Source of the DNA: an uncultured delta proteobacterium
GTDB taxonomy: Bacteria; Myxococcota; Kuafuiibacteriia; Kuafuiibacteriales; Kuafuiibacteriaceae
Reading direction: 5' to 3'
NCBI GenBank assembly: GCA_963803435.1
Contig: CAWDML010000001.1
Location: 2,944,001 to 3,008,000, forward strand
Length of the DNA: 64,000 bases
Both the position numbers and the translations under genes were made by a program. Shown here piece after piece: positions 10,425 to 18,881 of the stretch. The notes below the pieces were generated by a model that saw only the letters and a program-made list of their open reading frames with translations, made no database searches and had not been told where the DNA came from. Each line of letters begins with the position of its first letter. The first letter of the stretch is position 1.

Positions 10425-11117
10425 TCAGCTCTCCGCGCGCATGCGCAGCACACGCCACAGGGCGACCGCCGCGCTGGCCTCGAGCTTCGATCGTCCGGCC
10501 ACCCGATCCCAGAACAGGATCGGGACCTCCTTCACCGCGAAGCCCGCGCGATGCGCGCGGTGCTTGAGCTCGACCTGGAACGCGTAGCCCTCGCCCTCGA
10601 TCGACCGGTAGTCGATCGCCTCCAGCACACGGCGGCGCCAGCCCACGAAGCCGGCGGTGGCGTCACGGACCGGGAGACCCAGGACGGCGCTGGCCGCGGA
10701 GTTGCTGAGCCGCGAGATCAGCCGGCGGCGCGTCTTGCAGTTCTCGATGCGGCCGCCCTCGACGTAGCGCGAGCCGACCACCACGTCCGCGCCCTCCAGG
10801 GCGGCCACCAGGTCCGGGAGGTACCTGGGTTGATGCGAGAAATCGGCGTCCATCTGGTAGACCCGGTCGTAGCCGGCGGCGAGCGCGCGATCGAAGCCGT
10901 CCTTGTAGGCGTCGCCGACGCCGCGCTTGTCGCGCCGGTGGACGGCAGTGACCGACGGGTACCGCTTGGAGAGCATGTCCGCCACGCGGCCGGTGCCGTC
11001 GGGCGAGTCGTCGTCGAGCAGCATCACGTCGACCTCCACGGTCGAAATGATCTCCTCCACCAGCGAGGGAAGATTCTCCCGCTCATTGTACGTCGGTATG
11101 CAGATCACCGTCCGCAT
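10425..11117 (-). CDS. Polyprenol-phosphate mannose synthase-like GT2
   Basis: IPTYNERENL, DDDSPDGT, QMDADFSH, GSRYVEGG, GYAFQVE. Confidence 0.92.
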   Translation of the reverse strand: MRTVICIPTYNERENLPSLVEEIISTVEVDVMLLDDDSPDGTGRVADMLSKRYPSVTAVHRRDKRGVGDAYKDGFDRALAAGYDRVYQMDADFSHQPRYLPDLVAALEGADVVVGSRYVEGGRIENCKTRRRLISRLSNSAASAVLGLPVRDATAGFVGWRRRVLEAIDYRSIEGEGYAFQVELKHRAHRAGFAVKEVPILFWDRVAGRSKLEASAAVALWRVLRMRAES

Positions 11118-11133
11118 CGTCCGGCGCGTAGCA

Positions 11134-11289
11134 CATCTTGCAGCGCGAGTCGTGAGAGACCGTGCCACGGCCGCGCTGTCCTGCTCCTGCTCCCGCCCAG
11201 ATCACACGCCGTGCCGGTGGGCCGCGTAGACCGCCCGCTCGCGCTGAAGCCACCGGCCGAGGCATCTTGCAGGGCGAGTCGTGATAGAC
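11134..11289 (+). repeat. Two 27-bp direct repeats in the divergent GT2/polA intergenic region
   Basis: catcttgcagcgcgagtcgtgagagac (11134-11160) and catcttgcagggcgagtcgtgatagac (11263-11289), 25/27 identical. Confidence 0.85.
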
Positions 11290-11296
11290 GGATCCC

Positions 11297-13894
11297 GTGT
11301 CGCGGCCGCGCCTGATCCTCGTCGACGGACACTCGATGATTTACCGTGCGTACTTCGCGATCCCCGGTCATCTGTCCACGAAGAGCGGTCTGCACACGAA
11401 CGCCATCTTCGGCTTCACCACCATGTTCCGGAAGCTGCTGGCGGGTCGGACGCCCGAGCTCGTGGGCGTGGTGTTCGACGCCCCCGGCCCCACCTTCCGC
11501 GACGAGGTCTACGCCGAGTACAAAGCGGGCCGCTCGCGCATGCCGGAGGACCTGCGGGAGCAGCTCCCCTGGATCGATCGCGTGGTGGCGGCGCACAACT
11601 TTCCGTTGATCCGACACCCGGGCGTAGAGGCTGACGACGTCATCGGCACGCTGGCGGTCCGCGGCGTGGCCGCCGGCATGGACGTGGTGATCGTCTCCGC
11701 CGACAAGGACTTCACGCAGCTCATCGGCCCGCAGGTACGGCTCTTCGACGCGATCCGCGACATCACCTACGACGAGGCGCTCGCGGTGAAGAAGTGGGGC
11801 GTCCCGCCGGCGCAGTTCATCGACCTCCTGGCGCTGCTCGGGGATAAGCTGGACAACATTCCCGGCGTCCCCGGGATCGGGACGAAGAGCGCGATCGACC
11901 TGCTGTCGCGCTACGGCTCCTTCAGCGGGATCCTTGCGCACCTCGACGAGCTCACCGGCCGCCAGCGGAAGGCGCTCGAAGAGGGGCGGGAGAGCGGCCT
12001 CCTCTCGCGGACGCTCGCCACCATCGACACCGACGTCGCGATCGAGGTCGAGCTCGAGGATCTCCGCTTCACCCCGCCGGATCAGGAGGCGCTCAACGCG
12101 CTGTTCCTCGAGCTCGAGTTCTTCTCGCTCCTGGGGATGGCCGCCAAGCGCAAGCAAGAGACCGAAGAGGCCGAGGTGCACCATCGCGTCGGCAACGCCT
12201 CCGAGCTCGCCGCCTTCGAGGGCGACCCGCTCAGCGTCGCCTACCTCGGCGTCGGCTTCGCGGTGGCGCCGCCCTCGGGCCAGGCGCTCTACGTCCCGTT
12301 CCGTCCCGAGGAGCGCGAGGCGCTGGCGCGCTTCTTCGGTGATCCCGCGAGACGAAAGATCGCGCACGACGCCAAGGGCCTCATCGAGGTTCTCGCAGGT
12401 CTGGGGATACCGCTGGCGGGTCTCGCGGGCGACACACAGCTCGCGTCCTTCCTGATCGATCCGACCAAGATCATCCCGCACCGCCTCGACCAGATCGCCA
12501 AGGAGTATCTGCAACGCATCCTCCGGCCGCTCCAGGATCTCACCGGCCGGGGAAAGAAGGCCAGGCGACCGTCGGAGCTCGCGCCCGAGGAGGTCGCGGA
12601 GTGGCTCGCGCACCAGGCCCAGACCATCGCGCTCGCCTGGCCGATCCTCGAGGCGCGCGTGCGGGAGACCGGCCAGAGCGAGCAGCTCTCGACCCGCGAC
12701 CTTCCGCTCAGCCGCGTTCTCGCCGAGATGGAGCTGGCCGGAATCCTGGTCGATCGCGCCGAGCTCGAGAAGCTGGAGACCGAGTTTCAGGCCCGCCTCG
12801 CCACCTTCGAAGCCGAGATCTGGGCGCTGGCCGGCCGGAGCTTCAACCTCGGCTCCCCCAGACAGCTGGCCGAGATCCTCTTCGGGGTGCTCGGCCTCCC
12901 GGTGATCAAGCGGACCAAGACCGGCTACTCGACCAACGCCGAGGTCCTCGAGCGGCTTGCACCCAAGCACCCCATCGCGCACCTCCTGATCGAGCACCGC
13001 AAGCTGGCCAAGCTGATCAACACGTACACGTCGGTTCTCGCCGCGGCGATAGACCCGAACAGCGGCCGCGTCCACGCCAACTTCCAGATGACCGCGAGCG
13101 CCACCGGTCGCCTCATCTCCACCGATCCCGATCTGCAGCGGACCCCGATCAAGACCGAGGACGGAGCGCGCGTCCGGAGGGCCTTCGTCGCGCCGCCCGG
13201 GTGCGCCTTGATCTCCGCCGACTGGAGCCAGATCGAGCTGCGCGTGCTCGCGCACTTCTCGGACGATCCGTTCCTCGTCGATTCGTTTCAGAAGAACATC
13301 GACGTCCACCGGCGCACGGCCGCCCAGCTCTTCCAGGTGGCCGAGGCCGAGGTCACACCCGAGCAGCGCAACGTCGCCAAGACGGTCAACTTCGCGACGA
13401 TCTACGGGCAGGGTGCGCTCGCCCTCTCGCAGATCCTCGGGATCGAGCGGCGCGAGGCCGAGGCCTATATCCAGGGTTACTTCTCGCTCCACGCCGGCGT
13501 GCGGCGCTGGCTCGATCGAACCGTCGAAGAGGCGCGCCGTGAGGGGTGGGTCGAAACGCTCCTCGGCCGCCGTCGTTTCATCCCCGAGCTCTTCAGCAAG
13601 AACCCGATGGACGGTGGGGCCGGCGAACGCATCGCCGTCAACACGCCGATCCAGGGATCCGCCGCCGACATCGCGCGGCTCGCCATGATCAGGGTCAGAG
13701 ACGCGCTCACCGCCGAGGGAATGAAGGCGCGCCTGCTCCTCCAGATCCACGACGAGCTCGTCCTCGAGGCGCCCGAGTCCGAGGTCGAGCGCGCCTGCGT
13801 CCTCGTGCGCCATCATATGGAGCACGCGGTCTCGCTCCGCGTTCCGCTGGTGGTACAAGTGGGCTCCGGGCGGACGTGGAAGGATGCGCACTGA
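11297..13894 (+). CDS. polA: DNA polymerase I
   Basis: 5'-3' exonuclease LVDGHSMIYRAYFA/EADDVIG; motif A SADWSQIELR, motif B RNVAKTVNFATIYG, motif C QIHDEL. Confidence 0.97.
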   Translation: MSRPRLILVDGHSMIYRAYFAIPGHLSTKSGLHTNAIFGFTTMFRKLLAGRTPELVGVVFDAPGPTFRDEVYAEYKAGRSRMPEDLREQLPWIDRVVAAHNFPLIRHPGVEADDVIGTLAVRGVAAGMDVVIVSADKDFTQLIGPQVRLFDAIRDITYDEALAVKKWGVPPAQFIDLLALLGDKLDNIPGVPGIGTKSAIDLLSRYGSFSGILAHLDELTGRQRKALEEGRESGLLSRTLATIDTDVAIEVELEDLRFTPPDQEALNALFLELEFFSLLGMAAKRKQETEEAEVHHRVGNASELAAFEGDPLSVAYLGVGFAVAPPSGQALYVPFRPEEREALARFFGDPARRKIAHDAKGLIEVLAGLGIPLAGLAGDTQLASFLIDPTKIIPHRLDQIAKEYLQRILRPLQDLTGRGKKARRPSELAPEEVAEWLAHQAQTIALAWPILEARVRETGQSEQLSTRDLPLSRVLAEMELAGILVDRAELEKLETEFQARLATFEAEIWALAGRSFNLGSPRQLAEILFGVLGLPVIKRTKTGYSTNAEVLERLAPKHPIAHLLIEHRKLAKLINTYTSVLAAAIDPNSGRVHANFQMTASATGRLISTDPDLQRTPIKTEDGARVRRAFVAPPGCALISADWSQIELRVLAHFSDDPFLVDSFQKNIDVHRRTAAQLFQVAEAEVTPEQRNVAKTVNFATIYGQGALALSQILGIERREAEAYIQGYFSLHAGVRRWLDRTVEEARREGWVETLLGRRRFIPELFSKNPMDGGAGERIAVNTPIQGSAADIARLAMIRVRDALTAEGMKARLLLQIHDELVLEAPESEVERACVLVRHHMEHAVSLRVPLVVQVGSGRTWKDAH

Positions 13895-13908
13895 GGTATG
13901 ATCGGTCC

Positions 13909-14586
13909 GTGGACCTCGTGCTGAGCAGCGGGTTCCTCGCGTTCGCGCGGCACATCGGCTTCCTCGAGGCCGTCGAGGCGGCGGGCGTCGAGGTCGATGC
14001 CATCGTGGGGACCTCCTCCGGCGCGATCATCGGAGCGATGTGGGCCGCCGGACTCTCGCCGCGCGAAGCGGGGCGGCGGATCCTCGAGAGTCACTGGACC
14101 CACCTGCTCCGCATCTCGCCGCTCCCCTGGCGGGGCCTCTTCACGATGGCGAAGGTGATCGCACAGCTCGAGCGCGTCCTGCCCGGATCCTTCGACCGGC
14201 TCCCCCGCCCCTTCGCCGCGGGGGTGACCGGTCCCGAGGGACATCTCCTCCTCACCAGCGGACCGCTCGCGCCTGCGGTGGCCGCTTCCTGCGCGATGCC
14301 CGGGGTCTTCGGGCCGATCGAGATCGGCGGTGTGCCATATCGGGACGGAGGCGCCCGCGATCGACTGGGGATCCGCGGCTGGCGCCGGTGGCGGAATGGT
14401 CGATCCGCACTGGTTCACCACGTGGAGCGTACGGCCGGCGTCGACGTCGACTGCGATCTCACCGGCCTCACCGTCGTGAAGTCGCCACGCTCGCGCACCT
14501 CCTTCTTCGGTCTTCGCGACTTCGATGCGCAGATCGACGAGGCCAGACGCATCACCGAAGCCACACTGGCAGGTAGTTGCCGCTGA
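13909..14586 (+). CDS. Patatin-like phospholipase
   Basis: LVLSSG...HIG, GTSSG nucleophile, ASCAMPG, DGG motif; GTG start at 13909. Confidence 0.88.
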   Translation: MDLVLSSGFLAFARHIGFLEAVEAAGVEVDAIVGTSSGAIIGAMWAAGLSPREAGRRILESHWTHLLRISPLPWRGLFTMAKVIAQLERVLPGSFDRLPRPFAAGVTGPEGHLLLTSGPLAPAVAASCAMPGVFGPIEIGGVPYRDGGARDRLGIRGWRRWRNGRSALVHHVERTAGVDVDCDLTGLTVVKSPRSRTSFFGLRDFDAQIDEARRITEATLAGSCR

Positions 14587-14589
14587 TCG

Positions 14590-16032
14590 ATGATGCGCCG
14601 TTTGCGCCCGCGCACGCACGTTGCTCTGACGCGGTCCATCCGTACGATGGAAGGAGTATGGGACCGAACAAGAGCTGGCAGCTCGACTGGGCCAACATCG
14701 CGATCGTCTTCGGCAGTCTCAGCGCGTTTTACGGCGTCACTCTGCTGCTTCGTCTGGGGTAGCGCTCTCGGCTGCACGCCCGGCGACGTGGTCCGGCTGC
14801 CGTTTCCTGGCGACGGCAGCGCCAAGGCGATGATCCTCGCCTTCGAGGACGGGCCCACACTCCAGCTCTTCGCTGTCGATCTCGATCCCGCCCTCTCCGC
14901 GTTCGAGCCTCCGATCGCTCTCAGCGGTGGATCCGCGCAGCTGACCGCGCTCTTGCTGCCGCGATCGCTGGCCGAGATGCGGCTTGTGCCCGGCCCGCTC
15001 CAGCCTGCGGCCCCGCCGAATCGCCCCCTCTCGGAGCTCTCGGTCTACGCCGCGTTCACCACCACGATCCTCGGCGCGAAGGCGGAGGCGTGGAGCCCGA
15101 TCGACGCCGCCGGCCAAACGATCCTCGAGTTTCCCATCCCGCTCGATTCGGACATGTTCGCCTGCCCCGAGTTCGAACAGCGCACGCTCGGCGAGTACCC
15201 GTGGGGGTTCGGCTCCGTGTTGCTCACGCTCGCGGACGGCGGCGCCTTCGCCGCCCACGGCACGACGGCTCTCCGCATCGCGGCGGACGGCACGATCACC
15301 GAGACGGCCACCGTTCCTCCCGTCAGCTGCGGGACCAACACGTCGACGACGATCTATCTGCTGGCAGATCGGACGTATCGCGTGGAGGTCGATCCGATCC
15401 GACTGACCGCGATCGGCGAGCTCAACCCGGAGGTCGGCGAACAGCAGTGGATCTCGGCGGGGTCGAACGGCGAGATCTTCTCGTTCTCCGGCACGGGGCA
15501 GTTCGGCTACTTCGACGGCGCCTCGTGGCGGCTGATCGACACGCTACCGGTCGAGGGCGACGGCGTCAGCAAGGGCGGCGCGCTCTGGCTCGGACCCGGC
15601 GAGGGCGCGGTGGCCAATCCGGCGCAGGCGCGGCTCACGCGCTGGGACGGCGAGGTGCACCTCGACCTGGTCGGCGAGAACGCGATCGGCTTCGGGGCCG
15701 CCACCACCACCACGCGCTTCGGGCCGGTCGTCATCGATACGCGGTTCGGTGGGATCTACCGCTACGAGGGCCGGGCGCAGTGGACGCTGGTGCCGATCCA
15801 GGGAGCCCCGCCCGAGGTGGAAGCGCTGACCGAGTACGGAGGCGGCCTGGCGTGGGGGAGCCAGGCGGGGACTGTCGGGCTGGCGACCCCGGACGGCGAC
15901 TGCGGGAGCGAGCCGGGGATGGAGCTGTCGAAGGTGCACGCGCTCACGCGGCTCGGCGACGGGCTGCTGGTGGGGGGCGAGGACACCCACAGGGCGTGGC
16001 GGTGGGTTTTATTCCGCCCGCGTCAAAAATAG
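14590..16032 (+). CDS. Hypothetical probable lipoprotein with beta-propeller-like C-terminus (start uncertain)
   Basis: ALGC lipobox-like motif; beta-rich C-terminal repeats such as FDGASW and RWDGE. Confidence 0.65.
   Translation: MMRRLRPRTHVALTRSIRTMEGVWDRTRAGSSTGPTSRSSSAVSARFTASLCCFVWGSALGCTPGDVVRLPFPGDGSAKAMILAFEDGPTLQLFAVDLDPALSAFEPPIALSGGSAQLTALLLPRSLAEMRLVPGPLQPAAPPNRPLSELSVYAAFTTTILGAKAEAWSPIDAAGQTILEFPIPLDSDMFACPEFEQRTLGEYPWGFGSVLLTLADGGAFAAHGTTALRIAADGTITETATVPPVSCGTNTSTTIYLLADRTYRVEVDPIRLTAIGELNPEVGEQQWISAGSNGEIFSFSGTGQFGYFDGASWRLIDTLPVEGDGVSKGGALWLGPGEGAVANPAQARLTRWDGEVHLDLVGENAIGFGAATTTTRFGPVVIDTRFGGIYRYEGRAQWTLVPIQGAPPEVEALTEYGGGLAWGSQAGTVGLATPDGDCGSEPGMELSKVHALTRLGDGLLVGGEDTHRAWRWVLFRPRQK
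14658..14762 (+). CDS. Possible 34-aa membrane peptide
   Basis: AAGGAG immediately before the ATG, GC3-rich codons, single hydrophobic helix; overlaps the 5' part of the 14590 ORF. Confidence 0.35.
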   Translation: MGPNKSWQLDWANIAIVFGSLSAFYGVTLLLRLG

Positions 16033-16071
16033 TTGTCGGTTTTCTCGTTTCGTCGGGTCCAAGTGGACGAG

Positions 16072-16224
16072 ATGTTCGGTCTGGGGCTCTGGGAAATCGG
16101 GATCATCCTGATCGTGGCGCTGATGTTGCTCGGTCCGAGGCGCCTCCCCGAGCTCGCCAAGGGCCTCGGTCGGGGGCTCCGTGAGTTCCGGCAGGCAATC
16201 AGGGATGAACGTGGGCTAGACTAG
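16072..16224 (+). CDS. tatA: Twin-arginine translocase TatA/TatE family subunit
   Basis: MFGLGLWEIGIILIVALMLLGPRRLPELAKGLGRGLREFR. Confidence 0.9.
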   Translation: MFGLGLWEIGIILIVALMLLGPRRLPELAKGLGRGLREFRQAIRDERGLD

Positions 16225-16230
16225 GCGTCG

Positions 16231-18180
16231 ATGTTCGTCTCCACCCTTCTGTTCCTGAGCCTCGCCGCCAGCACGGCGCCCGAAACGCCGATGCTCGAGT
16301 GTGAGGACCTTCCTCCGATCATGGGCATGCTCGAGCATGGCCATTACGCCCGCGACCAAGTGGAGCCCGTCGCCGAGAAGCGGAGCGTCGATCAGTTCAT
16401 CGAGTCGCTCGACCCCTCGAAGAACCTCTTGCTCGAGCAAGATGTCCAGCGGCTGCACGGCGACCTCCCGAAGCTGTTCGGGACGATGAAGCGGGGCGAC
16501 TGCCTGGCGCTCGTGCAAGCGGGCGATTCGATCATCTCCCGTGTCCGGGAGGACTACGACATCGTCAAGAAGCTGCTCACCCCCAGCTACAAGCTCGACG
16601 AGAACGTGGAGATCGTCCTCGATCCCGAGAAGCGCGGCTACGCGAAGACCGCCGAGGAGCGGGCCGACCGCGTGCGGCGGATGGTGCACTTCCAGATCTC
16701 GAACTTCCTCGTGGGGGGGCTGGATCTCGAGACCGCCAAGAAGAAGGTGCTGCATCGATACGAGCTCTCCGTGAAGCGCGTCGAGCGACGCCGCAGCAAG
16801 GCGGAGCTGCCGGGGATGTACGCCGAGGCATATGCGACCTCGCTCGATCCCCACTCCTCGTTCCTCTCGGCGGAGACGCTGGCCGACTTCCAGATCCACA
16901 TGCGCCTCTCGCTCGAGGGCATCGGCGCGGTTCTCCGCTCGGACGACGGCTTCACGATCGTCCAGGAGCTGGTACCCGGCGGGCAGGCCGACAAGCTCAA
17001 GCAGCTGCGGCCCAAGGACAAGATCACGGCGGTGGCGCAGGACGGCGAGGAGTCGGTCGACGTCATCGACATGGATCTTCGGGACGTGGTCAGCATGATC
17101 CGCGGCCCCAAGGGCACAAAGGTGACGTTGAGCATCCTTCGCGAGAAGCCCGAGCCCAAGAGGTTCGACGTCACGATCACCCGCGACAAGATCGACGTTC
17201 AGGAGCAAGCGGCGAAGATCCGCTACGAGACCAGGAAGCGCGGCAACAAGGAGTACAAGATCGGCGTCATCGAGCTGCCGTCGTTCTACGGCGGTGACCG
17301 GGACGGGCGCTCCTCCTACATCGACATGCGCCGGCTCCTGAGCGAAGCCCACGAGAAGAACGTCGACGGTGTGGTCCTCGACCTCTCGAAGAACGGCGGC
17401 GGCCTCCTGGAGGACGCGGTCAAGATCTCCGGGCTCTTCCTCAAGACCGGCGGCATCGTCGCGACCAAGTCCTCCGAGGGCGAGGTCGAGGTGCTCGAGG
17501 ACGACGATCCGTCGGTGGTGTTCAACGGTCCCCTGGTGGTGTTGACCAGCCCGGTGAGCGCTTCGGCCTCCGAGATCCTGGCGGGCGCCCTGAAGGACTA
17601 TCACCGCGCGCTGATCGTCGGCGGCGGCCCCAGCACGTTCGGCAAGGGCACCGTCCAGAAGCTCCAGATGCTCCCCCGCAACCTGGGCGCCCTCAAGATC
17701 ACCACCGGCATGTTCTTCCTCCCGTCCGGGAAGTCGACCCAGCAGGTCGGCGTGCTCTCGGACGTCCAGATCCCCTCGATCCTCAGCAGCTACGATCTCG
17801 GCGAGAAGGCCCTCGATTACTCGCTGCCTCCGCAGTCGACCAAGTCGTTCCTCTCGGACGACGCGAACTCGAAGACGTCCGGCGAGCACTGGATTCCGAT
17901 CACCGCCGCGATCCTCCCCAAGCTGAAGGAGCACTCCGCCCAGCGGGTCGCGAAGGATCAGACGATGAAGGAGATCCAAAAGGAGCTGGTCGAGGCCAAG
18001 AAGAAGGAGGGGAAGGTCAAGCTGCTCGACCTCCGCAAGGAGGCGCTCGAGGCGAAGAAGAACAGCAAGAAGGACCACGATCAGGTCCCGGAGGACGACT
18101 CCGACTTCGAGCGATATCAGAAGGCGTTCGTCAACGAGGGCATCGAGGTCGTCGCAGACCTGATCCAGACGCTCTCCTGA
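16231..18180 (+). CDS. prc: Carboxy-terminal processing protease (S41A, Prc/Tsp)
   Basis: LDPHS, PDZ domain (SLEGIGAVL, IRGPKGTKV), DLSKNGGG, SASASEI, TFGKGTVQ. Confidence 0.93.
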   Translation: MFVSTLLFLSLAASTAPETPMLECEDLPPIMGMLEHGHYARDQVEPVAEKRSVDQFIESLDPSKNLLLEQDVQRLHGDLPKLFGTMKRGDCLALVQAGDSIISRVREDYDIVKKLLTPSYKLDENVEIVLDPEKRGYAKTAEERADRVRRMVHFQISNFLVGGLDLETAKKKVLHRYELSVKRVERRRSKAELPGMYAEAYATSLDPHSSFLSAETLADFQIHMRLSLEGIGAVLRSDDGFTIVQELVPGGQADKLKQLRPKDKITAVAQDGEESVDVIDMDLRDVVSMIRGPKGTKVTLSILREKPEPKRFDVTITRDKIDVQEQAAKIRYETRKRGNKEYKIGVIELPSFYGGDRDGRSSYIDMRRLLSEAHEKNVDGVVLDLSKNGGGLLEDAVKISGLFLKTGGIVATKSSEGEVEVLEDDDPSVVFNGPLVVLTSPVSASASEILAGALKDYHRALIVGGGPSTFGKGTVQKLQMLPRNLGALKITTGMFFLPSGKSTQQVGVLSDVQIPSILSSYDLGEKALDYSLPPQSTKSFLSDDANSKTSGEHWIPITAAILPKLKEHSAQRVAKDQTMKEIQKELVEAKKKEGKVKLLDLRKEALEAKKNSKKDHDQVPEDDSDFERYQKAFVNEGIEVVADLIQTLS

Positions 18181-18201
18181 AGCCTCGGCAGCCCCTCCCC
18201 C

Positions 18202-18384
18202 TCACTCCCGCGCGATCTCGCGCACCGCATCGTCGACGATCTGAACGAAGCGTGAGCGCGCGAGCTGCCGGCGCTCCTTGCGTCCCAGCTCGGGGTGCTC
18301 GTCCTGCAGCTCCTCCTGGATCGCCGTCCAGAGCGTTCTCAGCTCGTTCTCGAGCCGCTTGAGGTCCGACACGCGCTGGTTCAA
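18202..18384 (-). CDS. Small helical hypothetical protein (60 aa)
   Basis: TTG start overlapping the upstream stop (TTGA); amphipathic charged helices. Confidence 0.5.
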   Translation of the reverse strand: MNQRVSDLKRLENELRTLWTAIQEELQDEHPELGRKERRQLARSRFVQIVDDAVREIARE

Positions 18385-18881
18385 CCACCGCGGTAGGTCT
18401 GCATGCAAGCGTTGGCGCAGTCGACCAGCGTCGCGTCGCAGGCATCGAAGTCGGACTGGCCGAGCTGATCGCAGAGGGCGCACTGGTTCGGATCGCCGCA
18501 CGAGTCGAAGCAGGCGTCGGCGCGACGGAGAGCGCGCTCGGCACAAGCGGCGCGGTCGGTGAAGCACGCGGCGGCACACGACTCGATCTTCGACTGCGGC
18601 TCGTCTCCACAGGCGTGGTGGCAGGCGCTGGCCACCAGCAGCGCAGAGGAGTAGCAGCGGCCGTCCGCCTGGAAGCAGGCGATCTGCTGCTCGACCGAGA
18701 GCGTGGGATCGTTCGTGCAGTGGTCGAGCGTGGCGCCACACGGGGCCGTGTCGCTCCGAAGTCGATCGGCGCACGGCATGCACTCGGGCGTGTCGACGCC
18801 GCCGTCGAGATCCAGGGGATTCGTCCCGGCTTCACCCCCACACGACGCGGCCAGGACGGCGGCCAGCAGCCACGATCTCAT
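18381..18881 (-). CDS. Cys-rich lipoprotein
   Basis: LAASC lipobox; 18 further Cys in CxxxC/CxxC periodicity; ATGA overlap with upstream gene. Confidence 0.8.
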   Translation of the reverse strand: MRSWLLAAVLAASCGGEAGTNPLDLDGGVDTPECMPCADRLRSDTAPCGATLDHCTNDPTLSVEQQIACFQADGRCYSSALLVASACHHACGDEPQSKIESCAAACFTDRAACAERALRRADACFDSCGDPNQCALCDQLGQSDFDACDATLVDCANACMQTYRGG

